A stretch of DNA of 64,000 nt from Candidatus Cloacimonadales bacterium (GTDB lineage: Bacteria > Cloacimonadota > Cloacimonadia > Cloacimonadales > JAIOQZ01), in assembly GCA_963662655.2 (NCBI GenBank), contig CAXXTU010000002.1, positions 3,520,001 through 3,584,000 of the forward strand. The letters run 5' to 3'. This document shows, one piece after another, positions 40,320-50,025 of the stretch (within the stretch, counting starts at the first letter, position 1; every line of letters begins with the position of its first letter). Both the position numbers and the translations under genes were made by a program. The notes under the pieces were generated by a model. That model was not told where the DNA came from. It did not search any database and saw only the letters and a program-made list of their open reading frames with translations.

Positions 40320-41069
40320 ATGAGAATTTTTGAAACACACGCTCATTTGGATTTTGCAGATTACGATAAAGATCGCGACCAGGTGCTCCGCAAATGCTTC
40401 GAGAGTGGCGTCGAGCGGATCATCAATATCGGGATCGACCTCGAGACTTCGAAAAACAGCATTGCGCTGGCGAAGAAGTACAAGCAAATTTACGCTACGG
40501 TTGGTTTCCATCCGAGCGACGCAGAGACTTACAACGAACAGGCGTTGTTCGAATTGCTGAAGCAACCGAAGGTTGTCGGGATCGGCGAGATCGGGCTGGA
40601 CTACTACCGCATGCGGAACACGAAGGAAGTCCAGAAGAAGGTGTTTTCACGCCAGGTTGAGATCGCCGTGGAGAAGAAGCTACCGATCGTCGTTCATAAT
40701 CGCGACGCGCACGAAGATTGCCTGGAAATCCTGGAACGCCACAAGCCGGAGAAGGTGGTTTTTCACTGCTTCTCAGGCGATGAGCTGATCGCGGAGCGGA
40801 TTCTCGGAAACGGCTGGAAGATATCTATCACCGGCGTTGTGACATTTAAAAACAGCCAGATCGACGGAGTGGTGCGTATGCTTCCGAAGGATCAGTTTTT
40901 CATCGAAACGGATTGCCCATTTTTAGCGCCGGTGCCTCACCGGGGAAAACGGAACGCGCCGTACTACTTGCAATACGTGATCGAGAAGATTGCGGAGATC
41001 AAGCGAGTATCGCCTCGGCAGGTTGCTGAAGCCTCCTACGAGAATGCAGAGAGATTTTTCGGGGTGTAA
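40320..41069 (+). CDS. tatD: TatD family deoxyribonuclease
   Basis: THAHL, GFHP, IGEIGLDYY, HNRDA, VFHCFSG, IETDCPFLAPVPHRGKRN. Confidence 0.96.
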   Translation: MRIFETHAHLDFADYDKDRDQVLRKCFESGVERIINIGIDLETSKNSIALAKKYKQIYATVGFHPSDAETYNEQALFELLKQPKVVGIGEIGLDYYRMRNTKEVQKKVFSRQVEIAVEKKLPIVVHNRDAHEDCLEILERHKPEKVVFHCFSGDELIAERILGNGWKISITGVVTFKNSQIDGVVRMLPKDQFFIETDCPFLAPVPHRGKRNAPYYLQYVIEKIAEIKRVSPRQVAEASYENAERFFGV

Positions 41070-41153
41070 TGAAAACCGCAGGATTGCGTTATAACGGTGG
41101 TATATGATTATAGACACGATACAACAGATAAAGTTTGAATACGGAGGTATGGA

Positions 41154-41834
41154 ATGTTCTTCTATGATCCTACCATAATCTTGATCATACCCGTTTTGAT
41201 TCTGGCATTCTGGGCTCAGGCCAAAGTCAAGGGAACCTATAGACAGTACGCGAAAGAGCCGAACTCGTTTCAGATGACCGGCGAGCAGGTAGCCCGGAGG
41301 ATTCTTGATCGCAACGGGCTGACGGACGTTCGTGTAGCTCCGGTTGCCGGCGTTCTTACCGATCACTACGATCCGCGCACGAAGGAAGTGCGTCTCTCGC
41401 AGGATATCTTTTACGGTCGCTCGGTTTCATCCGCGAGCATCGCGGCTCACGAAGTAGGCCATGCATTGCAGCACGCGCAGGGGTATGTCCCGCTGACGAT
41501 CCGCGCCAGTATATTGCCCGTGGCGAATCTGGGCTCGACTGCTGCGTTTCCGCTTTTCCTGGCCGGGCTTTTCTTCTCGATTCCGTTTCTGATGGATCTG
41601 GGGATCCTTTTCTTCGCCGGAGCGTTCTTGTTTCATCTGGTGACGTTGCCGGTCGAGTTCAACGCGTCCAGCAGGGCGATCGCGCAGCTTTCACAAGGCT
41701 GGATGATCCGTCAGGATGAGCTAGTGCACAACCGCAAGGTGCTCAATGCGGCGGCCATGACGTACGTTGCTGCGACGCTGATGGCCCTGGTGCAGCTAAT
41801 ACGTTTGATTGTTCTTCGCGGCAGCAGAGATTAG
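41154..41834 (+). CDS. Membrane zinc metallopeptidase (YugP / Zn_peptidase_2)
   Basis: LTDHYDP, AAHEVGHALQH, TLPVEFNASSRA, LNAAAMTYVAA. Confidence 0.93.
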   Translation: MFFYDPTIILIIPVLILAFWAQAKVKGTYRQYAKEPNSFQMTGEQVARRILDRNGLTDVRVAPVAGVLTDHYDPRTKEVRLSQDIFYGRSVSSASIAAHEVGHALQHAQGYVPLTIRASILPVANLGSTAAFPLFLAGLFFSIPFLMDLGILFFAGAFLFHLVTLPVEFNASSRAIAQLSQGWMIRQDELVHNRKVLNAAAMTYVAATLMALVQLIRLIVLRGSRD

Positions 41835-41840
41835 TGTATC

Positions 41841-42329
41841 ATGGCAGAAAAACGCGTTTCATTTCTGGTTGAAAGCCATCTGGGCAGGCTGGCGAAATGG
41901 CTCCGCTTTCTTGGGTACGACGTTGCTTCCTACAAGGGCGCGACCTTCACGAATCTCGCCCGTCTGGCAGCAAAGGAGAGGCGGGTTCTCCTCACCCGGT
42001 CCGAGAAACAAGCGCGTTCCGAGTGGAAATTCGCCCGGCGATTGATTGCCTCGGATGACTACCGCATGCAGCTTCGGGAACTCGCCGATCTGATCGAGAT
42101 CGATCCTGATATCGCCGGAAGCCGTTGCATCCACTGCAATCGGCCGCTTTACACCATCGCCCGGGAGAAAGTGAGATCGCTCGTCCCGGAATATGTATAT
42201 GAAACGCAAGCGGATTTCGTGATCTGCCGAAAGTGTGGTCACGTCTTCTGGCGCGGGACGCATTACGATAAAATGATCGAGATGCTTTATTCCCTGCTGC
42301 AAGGGGATGTAGCGGAAACAAGTCGATAA
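41841..42329 (+). CDS. Mut7-C RNase domain protein
   Basis: LGRLAKWLRFLGYD, RVLLTR, RCIHCN...CRKCGHVFWRGTH. Confidence 0.92.
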   Translation: MAEKRVSFLVESHLGRLAKWLRFLGYDVASYKGATFTNLARLAAKERRVLLTRSEKQARSEWKFARRLIASDDYRMQLRELADLIEIDPDIAGSRCIHCNRPLYTIAREKVRSLVPEYVYETQADFVICRKCGHVFWRGTHYDKMIEMLYSLLQGDVAETSR

Positions 42330-42573
42330 CCCTTCCAAAAAAAACAAAGAAACATTTTGACAAAAATCAAGAGGGCGCGGACTATCGCCTGTATGTGAAA
42401 TTCTTAACTGCATGCGTTGCAAAGAGATAACCATAACATGCTGGAATCTGGAAAGATAGCGACTACACCGTTTAGGTTGTTGATTTGCAGTAGATTATGA
42501 ATTTCGTATGAATTCACAGGATTTTCATGTGAAATCGTATCTCCTTATGGCGAAATAAGTTACTGGGGTTATC

Positions 42574-45500
42574 ATGGCTTTTGTACATTTACACAATCAC
42601 ACGCAATACAGTATGCTCGACGGCGCATGCCGCACAGATAAAATCGTCGACCTCGCAAAGCAATACAACATGCCGGCCGTGGCGATGACCGATCATGGAA
42701 ACATGTTCGGAACCATCGATTTCTTCAACAAGGCGAAGAGGGCCGGTATCAAGCCCATCATCGGCATGGAGGCTTATATCGTGAACGGTGAGCTGGAGAA
42801 TCCGGCCACCAAGAACGATCTCCGGCATCACCTTGTTTTGCTGGTTCAGAACACCGCCGGTTACAATAACCTCATGAAGCTCACCTCGAAATCCTACACG
42901 GATGGGTTCTATTACAAGCCGCGGATCAGTAAATCGCTTCTCAAGAAGCATTCCGAGGGGCTTGTGTGCCTTTCCGCCTGCCTGCACGGAGAAATCCCGC
43001 ATCTGCTTCTCGATGGCAAAAAGGAAGAAGCGCTCGAAGTGATTCAGTGGTATAAAGAAGTGTTCCCGGAACGTTTCTACATCGAACTCATGGATCACGG
43101 GCTGGAGGATGAGCGGAAAGTCAAGGGGCGATTGATCGAAATCGCTCGCGAGACTGACACCCCCATGGTGGTTACCAACGACTGCCATTACCTCCAGAAG
43201 GAAGACGCCGAAGCGCACGATGTCCTGCTTTGTATCCAGACAGGGAAATCGCTGGGCGATCCCAATCGCATGCGTTATGAGACGACACAGCTCTACTTCA
43301 AGAACGAAGAGGAGATGCGCAAGCTCTTCCCGGACGTACCCGATGCTTACGAGAACACCGTAAAGATCGCAGAGACGATCGACTTCGAGCTTCCCTACAA
43401 GAATTTCCTCTTCCCGAAAATCGATATCCCCGAGCAATACAAGGACAGCTACGAATACTTCCGCGCACTGGTCTATGAGGGTACCAAGACCCGCTATCCC
43501 GAGATGACCGACGAAGTGAAGGAACGCATCGAGTTCGAGATCGACGTGATCCATCGAATGGGTTATATCGATTATTTCCTGATTGTGAAGGACTTCATCG
43601 ACGCGGCGCGCGATCGCGGAATTCCGGTAGGCCCCGGGCGTGGTTCCGCCGCGGGAAGTATCGTCGCCTATCTGCTGGATATCACGCAGCTCGATCCACT
43701 CGAGTATGGCCTCCTCTTCGAGCGTTTCCTCGACCTCAAGCGTGTGGGAATGCCGGATATCGATATCGACTTCTGCGCCGAGGGACGCGGAGAGGTCATC
43801 AACTACGTGGTCGAGAAATACGGCCGCAACGCGGTGACGCAGATTGTCACGTTCACGACGCTGGGCGCGAAATCGGTGATCAAGGACGTGGCGAGGGTAT
43901 TGGATATCCCTGCCGCAGAGGCGAACCAGATCACCAAGAAGATGCCCGGCGGGCCAAAATCAACCATCGATTCCTCCCTTCGGGATTCCTCGGAGTTTTC
44001 CGAGCTGATGGACAGCCGCGAGGATTATCGTCAGATACTTAAATACAGCAAGGTTCTCGAGGGCCTTGTCCGTCAGATCGGCGTCCATGCCGCGGGTGTG
44101 GTGATCGGCCCCGGCGATCTTTCCGACTACGTTCCCCTGGCCGTAAGCAGCCAGAAGGATGGACCTTCCGCGCTGCTTGTGCAGTACGAGGGAAAATGGC
44201 TGGACGATCTCAAGCTTCTGAAGATGGATTTCCTGGGACTGAAGACCCTTACCATCATACGTCGCACGCTGGAATTGATCAAGACCTACAAGGGCGTGGA
44301 TGTCGATATCGAAAACGTCGATCTGGACGATCGCGCTGCGTACGAGCTTCTCTCCAGGGGGCAGACGGACGGTATCTTCCAGTTTGAATCCGCCGGGATG
44401 AAGAAATATCTGCAAGAGCTCAAGCCCAACGTCTTTGCCGACCTCGTAGCGATGGTTGCGCTTTACCGCCCGGGTCCGATGCAGTTCATCGATACGTTCA
44501 TCAACCGCAAGCACGGTAGGGAGAAGGTCGCTTACGATCACCCGCTCGCCGAGGAGATTCTCAAGGAGACCTACGGCGTCACCGTCTATCAGGAACAGGT
44601 GATGCAGATCGCGAAGGTCATGGCCGGTTTCTCCAGCGCGGATGCGGGTGTTCTGCGAAAGGCGATCAGCAAGAAGAAACGCGACATGATGGAAGAGCTG
44701 CACATCAAGTTCCGCGAAGGATGTGTGCAGAAAGGCGTCAAGGCACAGGTTGCAGACAAGATATGGAACGACTGGGAAGGCTTCGCGGATTACGCTTTCA
44801 ACAAGAGCCACTCCGCTTGCTACGCTTTCATCGCCTTCCAGACAGCCTGGCTCAAGTCGCATTACCCGGTGGAGTTTATGACCGCGATCCTCTCAGTGGA
44901 AGACGATCCCTCGAAGATTCCCTATTTCCTCGATGAGTGCCGCAACATGGAAATCAAGGTGATTCCGCCGGACATCAACAAGAGCATCGAGGCTTTTTCG
45001 GTGGAGGACGACAAGATTCTGTTTGGGCTGAGGGGAATCAAGAACGTGGGTTCCGCCGCGATCAACGCCATCGTGAGCGAACGGCAGAAAGGTGGGGAAT
45101 TCAAGTCGATCTTCGAATTCTGCACACGCGTGGACACCATGGCCGTGAACCGCTCGGTGATCGAGAGCCTCATCTGCGCCGGAGCTATGGATTGTCTGGA
45201 GGGGAAGCGCTCTCAGAAGTGTGCGGTTATCGAAGATGCGCTCAACCACGGTAACATTGTTCAGCAGGAGCGGAACAGCGCTCAGATCAGCCTGTTCGAC
45301 GTGATGTCCGACACGATGAAAGCCGAGGAGCACGAACCGCAGTTGCCGGAGATCGAGAAGGACTGGGCGCTCAACTACAAGCTGGAGCAGGAGAAGAAGT
45401 ATCTCGGTTTCTACATCTCCGGCCATCCGCTGATGCAGCACAAGCCGATTCTGGAGCTCTACACGAACATCAACACAAAAACATACGCGACCAAAGACAT

Positions 45501-46026
45501 GCCCGGTTTCATCAAGATCGCCGGCATTGTCAGCGATATCTCGGTGAAAAGCGACCGGCAGGGGAAGCCATATTCCTACATCACGTTCGAGGACCTCTAC
45601 GGCAAGTTCGAAATGGGACTCTTCTCGGACGATTACGTGCAGTTCCATCACATGCTCGAGATGGGCAAGGAGTTCCTGATCATCGGGCGGAAACGGAACG
45701 GAACGAACGGAGACGACTCGAAGCTGAGAATTTACCCCAAGAGAATTATTCCTTTGCAAAAACTGCCGCAAGAGGCTGGTGAATTGGAAATAGCGCTCAA
45801 ACAGGAAGGTGCCGGGCCGGACTTGGCAAAAATATTACTTGAACAAAATCGAAAGAATCCCGGAAATGTAAAGTTACGCTTTCGCGTATCGACAAAACGT
45901 TTCAAGGAGCTGATTTTAATCCCGGATACGCTGAGTTTATACCCTGGTGGAGAGTTTATGAAAACAGTTGAGCCGTTCCTGGCCAGAAAGCCTTTTGTGG
46001 TTCTCGATTGTGAGAAGAATCGGTAG
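42574..46026 (+). CDS. dnaE: DNA polymerase III alpha subunit
   Basis: PHP HLHNHTQYSMLDG, GPGRGSAAGS, MPDIDIDF, HAAGVVI, YAFNKSHS. Confidence 0.99.
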   Translation: MAFVHLHNHTQYSMLDGACRTDKIVDLAKQYNMPAVAMTDHGNMFGTIDFFNKAKRAGIKPIIGMEAYIVNGELENPATKNDLRHHLVLLVQNTAGYNNLMKLTSKSYTDGFYYKPRISKSLLKKHSEGLVCLSACLHGEIPHLLLDGKKEEALEVIQWYKEVFPERFYIELMDHGLEDERKVKGRLIEIARETDTPMVVTNDCHYLQKEDAEAHDVLLCIQTGKSLGDPNRMRYETTQLYFKNEEEMRKLFPDVPDAYENTVKIAETIDFELPYKNFLFPKIDIPEQYKDSYEYFRALVYEGTKTRYPEMTDEVKERIEFEIDVIHRMGYIDYFLIVKDFIDAARDRGIPVGPGRGSAAGSIVAYLLDITQLDPLEYGLLFERFLDLKRVGMPDIDIDFCAEGRGEVINYVVEKYGRNAVTQIVTFTTLGAKSVIKDVARVLDIPAAEANQITKKMPGGPKSTIDSSLRDSSEFSELMDSREDYRQILKYSKVLEGLVRQIGVHAAGVVIGPGDLSDYVPLAVSSQKDGPSALLVQYEGKWLDDLKLLKMDFLGLKTLTIIRRTLELIKTYKGVDVDIENVDLDDRAAYELLSRGQTDGIFQFESAGMKKYLQELKPNVFADLVAMVALYRPGPMQFIDTFINRKHGREKVAYDHPLAEEILKETYGVTVYQEQVMQIAKVMAGFSSADAGVLRKAISKKKRDMMEELHIKFREGCVQKGVKAQVADKIWNDWEGFADYAFNKSHSACYAFIAFQTAWLKSHYPVEFMTAILSVEDDPSKIPYFLDECRNMEIKVIPPDINKSIEAFSVEDDKILFGLRGIKNVGSAAINAIVSERQKGGEFKSIFEFCTRVDTMAVNRSVIESLICAGAMDCLEGKRSQKCAVIEDALNHGNIVQQERNSAQISLFDVMSDTMKAEEHEPQLPEIEKDWALNYKLEQEKKYLGFYISGHPLMQHKPILELYTNINTKTYATKDMPGFIKIAGIVSDISVKSDRQGKPYSYITFEDLYGKFEMGLFSDDYVQFHHMLEMGKEFLIIGRKRNGTNGDDSKLRIYPKRIIPLQKLPQEAGELEIALKQEGAGPDLAKILLEQNRKNPGNVKLRFRVSTKRFKELILIPDTLSLYPGGEFMKTVEPFLARKPFVVLDCEKNR

Positions 46027-47152
46027 AAACGCATTCTCATGGGTATTGCTTGTTGCAATATTGCAGGCGATTTCATCGCTGGGCGCATTTACGATTCAGC
46101 ATGAGAAGGTTGGGGAGACCAGCTTCTTCACGCTTTTCATCCCATTCGAAAGCCTCCACTTCCAGTTGCAGGATTCAATATATGTCAGCAAGACGGAAGT
46201 AACGCTGAACCTCGTGAACGAGGCGGAGAAGAATTTCTACCACGAGCTTTCGACCTTTGAAATCACTTCGGACGATCTGAACCGGATACACTCGCGATCC
46301 CTCCAAATGCACTTTTCCACCAAGGCGATATCGGGGAACATCTCAGCCTTCCTCAAGGTAAAAAATGTGCTGCAAGGGACCCTCCAGCAGGAATTATTCA
46401 CATTCGAGCCGCCGTACGAGAACCGCATGCAGACTTCGCCGCTCATCTTGTTCCGCAAGAGCGGATACGAGTTTGTCACGCAGTTTCCGTTCGACGGAGC
46501 CCTGGCGGATTCCGTGTCCATCACGCAGCATTTCAATCTCCCGCCGGATAGTTTGCAGGTAGTCGTGAACGACCGTGTCTTATGGAAATGGGATACTCCG
46601 GGGCCGAATCTCGATGTGACGCTTCCCATGGAGAATTGCGTCTATCATGGGATCAACGTCCGGACGTTCTTCGGCAATCGGACGATCAGCGTCGATGAGC
46701 AACGGCCTTATTCATCGCCATACGAAGAGCGATATCCGCCGAAGATTCAGATACGGCAAATGGAGATCATCATGCTGAGCGCCGATATTCAGCAGGCGCG
46801 GATGATCAGGAAGGGAGAGCTTGCGGAATACATCGAACAATACTGGAAGCGAAACGACCCCACTCCGGAAACCGAGTACAACGAGAATCGCGAGTATTTC
46901 ATTCATCGTGTCATGGAAGCCGACAGGCGTTTCGGTCTGAAAGGCTTCATGGACGGCTGGAGAACGGATCAAGGGAAAATATTGATTAAATATGGCGAAC
47001 CGGAAGAGGTGTACAAGGAGAGCTTCCCGATAGGGACATATCCGTACATCATCTGGTATTATTACTCGATTGATAAGCAATTTATTTTCTACGACAAGAA
47101 AGGGTTTGGGTATTATGAGCTTGAAGAAAAATGGTACATTGACCGCTACTAA
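46010..47152 (+). CDS. GWxTD domain protein 1 (secreted)
   Basis: YWKRNDPTPETEYNE...GWRTDQGKILIKYGEP. N-terminal hydrophobic signal. Probable GTG start at 46010 overlapping the dnaE end. Confidence 0.85.
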   Translation: MRRIGRNAFSWVLLVAILQAISSLGAFTIQHEKVGETSFFTLFIPFESLHFQLQDSIYVSKTEVTLNLVNEAEKNFYHELSTFEITSDDLNRIHSRSLQMHFSTKAISGNISAFLKVKNVLQGTLQQELFTFEPPYENRMQTSPLILFRKSGYEFVTQFPFDGALADSVSITQHFNLPPDSLQVVVNDRVLWKWDTPGPNLDVTLPMENCVYHGINVRTFFGNRTISVDEQRPYSSPYEERYPPKIQIRQMEIIMLSADIQQARMIRKGELAEYIEQYWKRNDPTPETEYNENREYFIHRVMEADRRFGLKGFMDGWRTDQGKILIKYGEPEEVYKESFPIGTYPYIIWYYYSIDKQFIFYDKKGFGYYELEEKWYIDRY

Positions 47153-48482
47153 GACCATCCTGTTGCTGGTAGCGCTTTTCACGGTTATAACCGCATCAGC
47201 CGAAGAACTGAATTTTTACGCGAAAACAACACGCTTCCTCGCTGCCGAAGGAAACACCTCGTTTGAGATTGTGTACAAAGTTCCCTACAAAGAGCTGGCG
47301 TTCGAGCAGAAAGAGGATCGCTTCGAGGCGAACTTGCGGGTCGCGATTGTCATCGAGCAAGGCGAAAAGAGATCGGTGGTGAAACAGTTCGATAATCCGA
47401 TCATCACGTTAGATCAGCAGAAGACAGTTTCGAACACAGAGTTCTACATGGATAAAATCTCCCTCACGCTCAGCAAGGGGATGATGATGGAGCTTGATTT
47501 CATCGATACGAATTCCCTGAACGAGGGCATATATCGCAAGGATCTGGTGTTGCTTACGCCGGATGAGGTTCTGAGCGACATCGAGATATGCACGAACGTT
47601 TTCATCGATACGACAAGGCGCTATGTGAAATTCAGCCGTGGCGACACGCTTTATATATCGTCCCCGGATCGAGTATTCAACTTGCAGAACAATAAAAAGC
47701 TCTATATGAATTACCAGGTCATCAATCTGGAGCAAACCGGGCAGGGATCCGCCCAATACGAAGAGATCATGACGATCACCAAGGGTGATGTGATCGTATC
47801 GCAAACAAACGATTCGGGATATCTGGATCGCAAAAACAAGTTCATGCTGAAGACGTTTGATTTAACGAATTATCAATCGGGTAAATACAATGTCCAGCTC
47901 ACGTTGAAGGATGTCCAATCGGGTAAAGAGACCATGCGTGAAGGTATGTTCATCGTCAGGGCTGGCGAAAAGACAAGATATCGTATGTTCACGGATATCA
48001 ACGACGATCTTCAGCTGGTCAAGACCTTTCTCCCGATCAAGGAGCAGAATGTTCTGGAAACCCTGAGTGAAGATGCGATAGACAACTATATCGATCACTT
48101 CTGGCGCGTGAACGATATCGATCCCAGTACGGAGAAAAACGAGTTTTTCGAGTTGATCCAGGAGCGAGTGAATCATGTGAATGGCAAGTTCTCGAGATTC
48201 GATAATGGCTGGAAAACAGATCAGGGACGCATTTACCTCCGCTACGGCGAACCGGCCGAGATCACGTCCGACTTCACGGATCCTTCACAAACACGTTTCG
48301 CGACGAAAGAGTATCAGATATGGAAATACGAAACGCCCGAACGGCGGGTCTACTTATTCATCGACAACATGATGAATGGCAATTTCCAGCTCGTGTATGT
48401 TACCAACGACGACAAAGAGCAAACGCTCCCGAGTTGGCAGCGTTATTTCGGGGACGATTTCGACGAATCAGCCCTCCAATAA
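47115..48482 (+). CDS. GWxTD domain protein 2 (secreted)
   Basis: FWRVNDIDPSTEKNE...GWKTDQGRIYLRYGEP. Signal peptide ending ASA. Confidence 0.88.
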   Translation: MSLKKNGTLTATKTILLLVALFTVITASAEELNFYAKTTRFLAAEGNTSFEIVYKVPYKELAFEQKEDRFEANLRVAIVIEQGEKRSVVKQFDNPIITLDQQKTVSNTEFYMDKISLTLSKGMMMELDFIDTNSLNEGIYRKDLVLLTPDEVLSDIEICTNVFIDTTRRYVKFSRGDTLYISSPDRVFNLQNNKKLYMNYQVINLEQTGQGSAQYEEIMTITKGDVIVSQTNDSGYLDRKNKFMLKTFDLTNYQSGKYNVQLTLKDVQSGKETMREGMFIVRAGEKTRYRMFTDINDDLQLVKTFLPIKEQNVLETLSEDAIDNYIDHFWRVNDIDPSTEKNEFFELIQERVNHVNGKFSRFDNGWKTDQGRIYLRYGEPAEITSDFTDPSQTRFATKEYQIWKYETPERRVYLFIDNMMNGNFQLVYVTNDDKEQTLPSWQRYFGDDFDESALQ

Positions 48483-48842
48483 ATCGCCCCTGAATGCGTC
48501 TTCGAGATGCTCGATCCTGAAGCAATTATTTTTTTCTGGAATGATGCCGACAACATCGAATCGAATGAGGTTGTCGGCAACTTCTGGATGCGATTGAAGA
48601 TACAGTGTTGCCGTCTTCAATATCTTTCGTTGTTTAGCAGTTGTAACGCTCGAAAAGGCGTTTTCCAAAAGGTTTTTTCTTGCTTTTACTTCAACGAATA
48701 TGATAGTATGGTCTCGGGATTCGGCGATGATATCGACCTCACCGTATTTACACCGATAGTTCCTCTCGATAATCGAGAATCCTTTCTTTTGCAGAAAAGA
48801 TGCGGCAACCTGCTCCATTGCGAGTCCTGATATTTTGTGCAT
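48468..48842 (-). CDS. yraN: YraN/UPF0102 family nuclease-like protein
   Basis: IIERNYRCKYGEVDIIA...FVEVKAR...KQRKI...RFDVV...HLEDAF. Confidence 0.92.
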   Translation of the reverse strand: MHKISGLAMEQVAASFLQKKGFSIIERNYRCKYGEVDIIAESRDHTIIFVEVKARKNLLENAFSSVTTAKQRKILKTATLYLQSHPEVADNLIRFDVVGIIPEKNNCFRIEHLEDAFRGDLLEG

Positions 48843-48979
48843 GGAGTAAAAAAATAACTTGACTATCCGCTGTCAAATTTTAAATGTTATATTGGTTTAA
48901 TGGGAAAAACTTGCAGGTTTATGGTCTGCAATGACTTAGACAAAAAAGAATTGAATAAATGAATCCAGGAGGTTATGGA

Positions 48980-50023
48980 ATGAAAGCAAGAAATCTGTTT
49001 TTCTTGACTGTGTTGGTTTTAATTTTTGCCGGCAGCTTAAATGCTGTGCCTTTTACATGCCTCGGCTATATGAAGGTGCCAACTGGCTACGTACTCCCTC
49101 ATCTGATGGGAGAGGTGTCTGTTGTTGGTTACTCGGGGCCGGGTGTTCAAGAGATCGATACCTACATCGGAAGTGACGGCACGGAGAAACTCGTCGATTC
49201 AGATGATATCGATAACCAGATAACCTATGCAGCTGTTGTGAATTTCGGGTTCTACGATCGAGTTGATTTAGGGCTTGTATACAATGGCGTTGGCCTTTTC
49301 TATGCCAACATGAAGGCTCAGATTGTTTTTGAATCTGAAACAATGCCTGCAATCGCGGTCGGTTTGGATAACATGTTCTCAGAGTATAAAGACAGTTACC
49401 GCGACAGCGATGCCGAGGGTCGTGACAAGACTGTCGAGTACAATTTTGCCGACAGAGACGACTATACTGCGTGGTCACCCTACATCGTGCTTTCCAAGGC
49501 AACGGTTTTACGCGGTCTTGCCTTTTTTGAACAACTCGAAACCGTGGTGACTGTCGGCTGGGGCCAGAACCGCTTCGAAGGAAACCGGCACATATCCAAG
49601 AGACTCGGCGGTTTGTTTGGGGCGATTGAGTTCAAGCCGTTACCTTATATGTCTGTGGTAGGCGAGATGGATGGTTACAACTTCAACGCTGCCGTGAATT
49701 TCTTCTATACCAATTACGAAGCCCGTTTGGGTCTGTATCGTGTCGAGGAGATGGGAAGAGACGGTCGCGAAGACCCCAAGATCGCTTTGAATCTCAAATA
49801 CACCTTCGACTCCATATCCGAAGTCAAGGCTGCAGGAAAAACCAAGCGTTACAGCCCCACAGCGGAAGTTGTTCCTGAACGTCGTGGAACGCGTGTCCTC
49901 AGAAAGAGCACCGAAAGTACGACTGATAACCCGCTTCTTGAAGAATTGGAAGCAATCAGAGCAAAACGTCGCCAAGCGGAGAAAGAACTGGAAGAAATCA
50001 GAAAAGTACTTGAAGAAGAGTAA
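48980..50023 (+). CDS. YjbH-like outer-membrane beta-barrel protein with a C-terminal coiled coil
   Basis: Signal peptide. GYMKVPTGYVL, ESETMPAIAVG, GWGQNRF, GLFGAIEF, GEMDGYNFNAAV patterns. Charged helical tail. GGAGG RBS. Confidence 0.7.
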   Translation: MKARNLFFLTVLVLIFAGSLNAVPFTCLGYMKVPTGYVLPHLMGEVSVVGYSGPGVQEIDTYIGSDGTEKLVDSDDIDNQITYAAVVNFGFYDRVDLGLVYNGVGLFYANMKAQIVFESETMPAIAVGLDNMFSEYKDSYRDSDAEGRDKTVEYNFADRDDYTAWSPYIVLSKATVLRGLAFFEQLETVVTVGWGQNRFEGNRHISKRLGGLFGAIEFKPLPYMSVVGEMDGYNFNAAVNFFYTNYEARLGLYRVEEMGRDGREDPKIALNLKYTFDSISEVKAAGKTKRYSPTAEVVPERRGTRVLRKSTESTTDNPLLEELEAIRAKRRQAEKELEEIRKVLEEE

Positions 50024-50025
50024 TT

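Noticed and set aside
42574..46026. Intein or split in dnaE
   Set aside because: Normal length (1150 aa), continuous motifs, no intein or homing-endonuclease signatures.
48859..48876. TTGAC-N8-GTCAA palindrome as an operator
   Set aside because: Could equally be two opposed -35-like hexamers in a divergent promoter region. There is no independent support for an operator.
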